DNA of 64,000 nt. Source: Cladosporium halotolerans (lineage: Eukaryota). Both the position numbers and the translations under genes were made by a program. Where the stretch lies: positions 496,001 to 560,000 of the forward strand of contig NW_027191456.1 of assembly GCF_011745625.1 (NCBI RefSeq), written 5' to 3'. Shown one piece after another: positions 57,575 to 64,000 of this stretch (position 1 is its first letter; each line of letters begins with the position of its first letter). The notes under the pieces were generated by a model. That model had not been told where the DNA came from, did not search any database, and was given only the letters and a program-made list of their open reading frames with translations.

Positions 57575-59230
57575 TCAATATACATACTAAAGCGTGGTTA
57601 GGTCGACGAGTTCTAGCAAAGTCTATTTCGTTTCAGATTCGGTGCGAACATACCTTGAAGTTGGGATTGTCGAGATCAGTCTCGTCGTTCAGACCACGAG
57701 TTTGCCCGTCACGCAGGTCATGTGTCTTATTTGCATTTGCCGCGGCCCTTCTGCGGTTTCGGTTCCAGAGCAGAGCCCAGGTTGAAAGGATACAAACGAC
57801 CTGAATGGCGATGCATGTCAACATCATACCGACTCCAAGCTCATATCGGGGCGCTTGACTGCTGATGAAGAAGAAGGGGCCAATGAAGTTTCCCAGACAG
57901 TAGCCGATGAGTAATATTGCGGCGCTCGTCGCCTTCTTGGTGTGACCAGCAGTGTTCGCCGTGATGACAGACATCGAAAGTGACCATGTCGCAGTGTAGC
58001 TGAACGTGATCCAAAGACAGACAAGACGTCCGTAAGGGTTTGTCTGTGGAAGGAGCCACATTCCGACAACACCGGCCAGTGTCGGTAGCAAGCAAATGAG
58101 CATGATAGCAAATCGCGCATTCTCAAAGGAAGAAGCGACGAAGCAGGCGGCTGTGCAAACCACGAACTGTACTCCACCAGAAGGCATTTGGATTAGGGTC
58201 GTTCGTAGCTTCGAAAATCCCAGCCCACGGATGATCAGGCCTTGAAAAGTCGTCAGCCCTCCATTGGGCGAATTGCTGGCCACTGCGAACAAGAACATAA
58301 GCCAACTTTTCGGATCTGTCAGTGCTTCCCAGAATTGGCTGGCTTTCCAGTGTTTGTTTTCCACGCCTGTCTCGTTCTCCTTGATGCGCTCTAGCACACA
58401 CTCTTTCTCGAATTCAGTGAGGAATTTGGCGGAGGCCGGGTTGTCCGGTAGTAAGACTAGTACGACAACACCCCAGGCAATGGTAATGGTGCCCCAGACA
58501 ATGAAGGTGTAGCGCCAACTCGGTAGGGCAGCGTCGATGTGTCCAATGCCGAAGCTTGCGATTCCGGCGATGATGTATCCGATGCCTGCGCATCCGATCC
58601 AGATGCCGATTCGCAATGGTTGCTCGATGCGTTTGTACCACATAGTGAATATGACCATGGTGACTGGTTGAATTGAAGCTTCGAAGACCCCGAGGAAGAA
58701 TCTTGCAGCAGCCAATCCCGAGAAGTCATGCGCTGCAGCATGGCACGTCAGAACGATTCCCCAGGTGATCACCTGTGATCAGTCAGTCTCGAGCTCGATG
58801 TGGGAAGCGGGAAATTCGTCTCACCGAAGCTCCAAGGAATTTCCCCAGCGGCAGTTTTTGGAGGAGTACCGACGTTGGCCATTCCCAAATCATGTATCCT
58901 AAGTAGAATATGGCACCGAGCCAGGAGAATTCCGAGCCCGTCAAGTTTGTGTCCTCTCTGACTCCAAATACTGCAGCGTAAGACAGCGTGGTCTTATCGA
59001 TCGATTGCAAAGCGTAAGTGAAACATCTGAGAATCGTCAGCAACACCGTGTATGGTCTGGCTTTGAAATGGTCCTCACAATATTGGCATCAACCAACAGT
59101 CGATCTTGAACTTCAGCTTTTTGTCGTCGATCTCCGCCACCTCTCCGACATGGCATTGTTCGATGCCCATTTCTTTGGAGAGGTCTTTGCCATCTGGCTT
59201 CTTCGTCGTAAGGTCCAGCTCAGCAGCCAT
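57575..59230 (-). CDS. MFS transporter of the Dal5 allantoate/dipeptide permease family; three introns
   Basis: KIDCWLMP, IDKTTLSYAA.FG, FSWLG.IFYLGY, RFFLG.FEA, WYKR.EQP.R, LPDNP..AKFL, N.TG..NK, NTAGHTKK, QAPRY, DETDL.NPNFK|YVY*. Confidence 0.92.
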
Positions 59231-59807
59231 TTCATCGAGAATGTCTGATGTGTTGGGTACAAGTGTCACACAAATGTTACCACTGTCCTCGAGATCTACT
59301 TATACACCATTCCAAGTGTTGATAAGACGGGGCCGCAAACCTACCGGGTCCGGAGGGCTGACGGAAAACCGCTCTGCGCGAGCGCCATCATAACGAAAAG
59401 ATGGTTGGCTGCTACGGGAATAGACCAAGATAGCGATAAGGTCATGTGTACATACCCTTCTGCTGAACATGGCAGATTGGACAAGATATCACTAGAACCC
59501 TGGCGATGAGTACCTGAGGGGTAATGAGATAGCGCCGAAAGAGTTTACCGTACGGTAAGTCAGGTTTCGGGAAAATGCCACCGCCTCGGGCTTGGCGGGC
59601 GGCGAATGCTGATCTCCGAATCAATCCGCCTTCGACAGTCTTATCAGGGCGCTATTGACATGGCGAGAGTCTCGGCCTTCGCCCGACCATTTGCCTATCA
59701 CGGAGAAAACCGTACGCAAATCTCATGAATATGCATTAATCGTGCTGTTCGCAAGCTAGCGGTTGCCGCTCGCGGGACTTGAGTTCCCCGATGCCATCAG
59801 TTAGACC
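59231..59807. promoter_or_regulatory. Divergent promoter (permease / Zn2Cys6 regulator) with clustered GATA sites and CGG-Nx-CCG elements
   Basis: HGATAR at 59320, 59428, 59434, 59527, 59641 and 59695. CGGAAAACCG at 59362-59371 and CGGAGAAAACCG at 59701-59712. Confidence 0.5.
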
Positions 59808-61972
59808 ATGGAGCAGCATGAGGCCGGCGAGCTTCCCGGCAGTCGTCCATACCGCTCTCACAAACTTCCCGCCTGTACTGTTTGCCGACAGCGCAAGGGA
59901 CGCTGTCATGTGGACGACCCAACGCTTCCATGTCGATATTGCCGCCGAAAGTCTCTAACGTGCGACCATGGCCTCAATTCGAAGAAACTCATTCGTCGAC
60001 ACCAGACTCAACAGCACGGCTCACAACACCAAAGTCCCATAACGCAAGCACCCACGAACTCTCCGAGAAGACATGATTCGTCTCTGGTGCAGATGTCGTT
60101 CGGAGAGATGCAGACTCTGGACGATTCGTCTCCAATCATGGTCAATCCAACCATGGCAGAGGACCTGGACGTACTAGAGCGCCACCTGGCTCCACGAAAT
60201 GTCGCGGAGGTGGCTGAAGCACAACCGTATGTTCGTATATCAAATACTCTTGATGAGTCGATTGTGTACCGTACAGTACCGCGGATACGCAAAGGTCTTC
60301 AGTCTACGTCGAGTCCAGGCGTAAGGCAGCGTGAGATCATGGAAAATGTTCTCGGAGAACTTCACGTCGCTGTCATCCAATTGTAAGGCGGTTTAGTCTT
60401 CTGCGACGAACTAGCATGGTGACGTATCGCAGGTACTTCGACGTGGTCAACACGCATTTTCCGATCTTGGACGAGTCTTCGTTCTGGAAACTTTGGCGCA
60501 AAGATCCTAAGCGTATATCCTCGACTCTGATGTGCGATATTTATGCAGTCGCTCTGCCGTATTGGGAAAATTCTGAAGTATTACGCGACCGTCGCCGCCC
60601 CGACGTGCAATTTGCTTGGAACCAGGCAGTTCTTGCCTTGAGAGATGACTTCATGGCGCCTTCGTTGACAACAGTGCATGCCGCTCTCCTAGATCTGCTC
60701 GGAAGACCTATATACTCGGTCACTGGTAACATCATCACCGCAGGTCGCACCGTCAGTCTCGCACATAGTCATGGTCTTCATCGTGACCCGAGCACATGGA
60801 GGGCCAGCAATGGCGAGATAAGCCTACGCATACGAGTGTGGTGGGCGATCCTCATTCATGACCACTGGTATGAGCCAGATATTGTGTTTGCTTTGGGAAC
60901 ATGCACTGACGTTTATCAGGTCCAGTTTATCCCACGGAACGCCTCCTAATGTGGTGAACGACAACTATAATGTGCCACTGCCAAGTCTCGCATCTTTCGT
61001 TGCAAGAGGTGCTTCAGACGCCCGCAAGCTCGCGTCAGCTTCATTCTTTCAGCTTTGCCGCTTGACCAGCATCCTTGGGGGCATCTTGCCGCTTGTATAC
61101 TCGTTAAAGCTCAATTACAAAGAGGCTTGGAAAAGCATGCGACGCATTGAGTGCGCCCTTGACGAATGGGAAGACACGCTTTCTGACTCCTTTGGTGAAG
61201 ATAACGGCTTCAGTGGTCATGAATCTGTTCTTCGCCGATCCAGCAGCTTGTTTTTCTGCTACCTGACTCTCAAGCTCATGTTGAAAAGACTGGCATTCAA
61301 AGTGAGTGGACCGCTTGGTTTCCCTTTTGCGAGCGCTTATAGTTTTTAGATCACATTGCGCGACGAAACTCAGACGCAACCAGAAATGAAGCAGTATCGT
61401 TTCGCCGAGATGCAGCAATCTGCCATCGCTGTAATAGATTTCGTGGCATCGCTGCAGCGAGAAGAATTTCAACAGTTCTGGCTCCCCTGTAAGTTACTGG
61501 CAGCATACCTAACCATTTCCATTGCCCGACAGCGGCCCTGACTATCGCAGATGCTGCTCACTTGCTCGTTTCCGCATGCACAACACTTCTCCGATGCGTG
61601 GTTGAATCGCCCCACGTCGAGACCAAAAGGGCGTCAGTCAAAAGTCTCTCAAGCATGCTCAGCAACCTGCGGGTCGCTCGAGAGCTTTACAACTGGGATT
61701 TGGCCGTGCTTTGCATCGAGACCTGTGGACAGTCCATTGAGCGGATCGCGGCTGCCAACCAGAACCCAGCGCAGCGAGATGTGGCCAACTCATCTCGGAC
61801 TGAATCGCGCGGAGAAGGCCTTATTGAGCCGGCGGAAGCTGCTTTGCAGACAACTTTGGGCGCTCAGCCTCCAGGAGACGATGCGGAGCTCCTCTTCAGT
61901 CTTGATCTTCCTTGGGATCATTTGTGGGATGACATTGCCCAGCCGTGGCAGCCGATTGTTGATTACACTTGA
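59808..61972 (+). CDS. Zn(II)2Cys6 transcription factor with a fungal-specific middle homology domain; four introns
   Basis: ACTVCRQRKGRC..PCRYC..LTC zinc cluster, YFDVVNTHFPILD, AHSHGLHRDP, RIRVWWAILIHDHW, acidic C-terminal W/D/P tail. Confidence 0.92.
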
Positions 61973-62438
61973 ATGGACGTCGGCAGCATGCATTGAAGAA
62001 GCCACCATAAGCCTCGGAAGACATCCTGTGATCTAGTCACCACGAATCAGCCTTCAGGGACTTTCCAGCGTCGTATCAGAGGCACCACAATGACGTTCCC
62101 CGCAGAAGCTCCGACAGTGCAGGGCCAGATACCAGTGCATCAATTAAGTGGGGGATTATCATAGTGCTCGACGTCACTTCGCTACACTCATTGCCGTTTG
62201 TATTGTGATGCTACCTAAGTATCACACGTTTCACGGCAGCGATGCATCAGCTGCATGAGCTTCAGCCAGATGATCTCTTTTGAAGGAAGGTTGTCCGAGC
62301 GGACATTGCTTACTTACACGAGGCCTGATATGCCGAGGATCTCTCCTCTCTTACTCTTCCTCGACCATAGTATATCATGTAAACATTGTACATTAGCTTT
62401 GCTTGCCTTGCCGTTTCCAAGAGCTATTGTCATCTAGC

Positions 62439-63977
62439 ATGGCTCCTTCTAGGGTCGAGCCATCTACTTCGGATGCCCGCCAACAACCTCGCTTCCTTAT
62501 CATAGGCGCCGGATCTCGTGGCAACTCGTACGCCAGAGCACTCCAGGATTCTAAACTAGGAGTTGTTGCAGCAGTAGCTGATCCAATTGCATTTAAGCGC
62601 AAGCAACTAGGCCGCAGATATATTTGGTCCTCTTCTGCACCTGAGGATGGCCAGGAGTTTGCAGGATGGAAAGAATATGTCGCGTACGAGCATCAAAGGC
62701 GTGCTGACGAGGCTGCCGGCATCTCCACGCCACCCAAGATTGACGCTGCTTTCATCTGTGTTCTAGATCATCAGCATGTAGAAGTCGCCTCTGCCCTTGG
62801 GCCCTTGGGCCTTCACATCATGTGCGAAAAGCCACTGGCGACGACGTTAAGTGACTGTCTCCGAATCCAGCAGTCGATCGAATCAGGCCCAAAGTCGATC
62901 TTCGCGATAGGTCACGTTCTTCGGTACAGCCCTCACAACATGCTACTCCGGCATCTCGTGCGGGAGAAGAAAGTCATCGGTGACATCCTGTCTCTCGAGC
63001 ACATCGAGCCGGTCGGCTATTGGCACTTTGCCCATTCGTACGTCCGCGGCAACTGGAGGAAAGAGTCTATCTCGGCACCGAGCTTGATGACGAAAAGCTG
63101 CCATGACATCGATTTCATCCTTTGGATGCTCTGCTCGCCACTGGAAGCCAAAGATCGAACGCCACATTTGCCGGCGACGATATCTTCTGTAGGCTCGTTG
63201 AAGCAGTTCAAACGGTCAAGGAAGCCAAAGGAGGCGGGTGAAGCAGAGAACTGCACAGAATGCTCGATCAAATCCAGCTGCATATACTCCGCGCTTCGAA
63301 TCTACCGCGACAGGCACCTAGCCAAAGGCAACGCGAAGTGGCCTGTGGACATCGTCAATCCCGAGATTGACGCGCTGTTGGCTCAGGGTGAAACAGAGGC
63401 AGCAGATAAAGAGCTCTTGGCTTCGTTGGCTTCTAACTACGGCAAAGACACACCAGTCCAAGACATCGAGTCGAGACCCTGGTACGGGCGATGCGTGTTC
63501 GAAAGCGACAACGACGTCGTCGACGACCAGTTCGTCACATTCGAATGGAAAGACGGTCCAAACGGTCAGGCGAAGACTGCAAACTTCCACATGATAGCGC
63601 AGACGCTGGCTCAGTGCGAGCGGAGGGGCCGGATCTACGGCACGGCTGGAGAAATCTATTATGACAGCAAGAGCATCACGATTCACGATTTTACGAATGA
63701 CGAAACGAAGGTGGTTCATCCCGAAGTACCAAAGAACTCGCATCATGGAGGCGGAGACGACGGTCTCACTGCCCAGTTCGCGAAGGCTGTGGCTGCGGTC
63801 AAAATGGGCGCAATGAGCGTTGATGAGTCGCAGACGGCTTATGTTGGCTGCACTCTGGAGGAAGTCGTAAGATCACATGCAGCGGTCTTTGCTGCTGAGG
63901 AAGCCAGGCGGGGCGGGAAGGTAGTTGATTGGGGGGAATGGTGGGAAGAGCACGTGAAGCATGGCCTTCGTTCGTGA
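62439..63977 (+). CDS. Gfo/Idh/MocA family NAD(P)-dependent oxidoreductase (StrI-like)
   Basis: IIGAGSRG Rossmann motif, HIMCEKPLA, GHVLRYSP, HFAHSYVRGNWR, TKSCHDID, GRCVFESDNDVVD, HGGGD. Confidence 0.88.
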   Translation: MAPSRVEPSTSDARQQPRFLIIGAGSRGNSYARALQDSKLGVVAAVADPIAFKRKQLGRRYIWSSSAPEDGQEFAGWKEYVAYEHQRRADEAAGISTPPKIDAAFICVLDHQHVEVASALGPLGLHIMCEKPLATTLSDCLRIQQSIESGPKSIFAIGHVLRYSPHNMLLRHLVREKKVIGDILSLEHIEPVGYWHFAHSYVRGNWRKESISAPSLMTKSCHDIDFILWMLCSPLEAKDRTPHLPATISSVGSLKQFKRSRKPKEAGEAENCTECSIKSSCIYSALRIYRDRHLAKGNAKWPVDIVNPEIDALLAQGETEAADKELLASLASNYGKDTPVQDIESRPWYGRCVFESDNDVVDDQFVTFEWKDGPNGQAKTANFHMIAQTLAQCERRGRIYGTAGEIYYDSKSITIHDFTNDETKVVHPEVPKNSHHGGGDDGLTAQFAKAVAAVKMGAMSVDESQTAYVGCTLEEVVRSHAAVFAAEEARRGGKVVDWGEWWEEHVKHGLRS

Positions 63978-64000
63978 AACCTCCTCATGCAAAGATGTTT

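Noticed and set aside
1..64000. Transposons, AT-rich RIP blocks, CRISPR arrays, rRNA
   Set aside because: No reverse transcriptase, integrase or transposase motifs, long repeats, repeat-spacer arrays or extended AT-rich tracts were seen by eye.

Overview
Gene-dense, intron-containing window from a filamentous ascomycete (GT-AG introns of about 50-130 nt with CTRAC branch sites). Gene content and style suggest a Dothideomycete, possibly Mycosphaerellales, but that is inference. It holds about 30 protein-coding genes, one intron-containing tRNA-Ala(CGC) with a decayed partial copy beside it, one gene with an in-frame stop, and one probable gene relic. No transposon, rRNA or CRISPR array is recognisable. 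The main candidate system (53.4-62.0 kb) is a compact cluster of two divergent gene pairs: a cytosolic M19 dipeptidase with an intronless bacterial-type 2,2-dialkylglycine decarboxylase, and a Dal5-family permease with a Zn2Cys6 regulator. Both promoters are rich in GATA sites and share CGGAAAACC. This fits a pathway that scavenges or detoxifies alpha-aminoisobutyrate (Aib)/isovaline peptides such as peptaibol fragments. A second candidate (0-3.8 kb) is levoglucosan kinase head-to-head with a sugar porter around a repeated GATTAA(G)CG motif. Also noted: a PGAP4/GT109-like glycosyltransferase, a membrane-anchored Kre9-domain protein, a stand-alone type III PKS, a small Cys-rich secreted protein and a probable 60-aa microprotein. 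All family assignments come from motif recognition by eye, not database searches. Exon boundaries were read manually.
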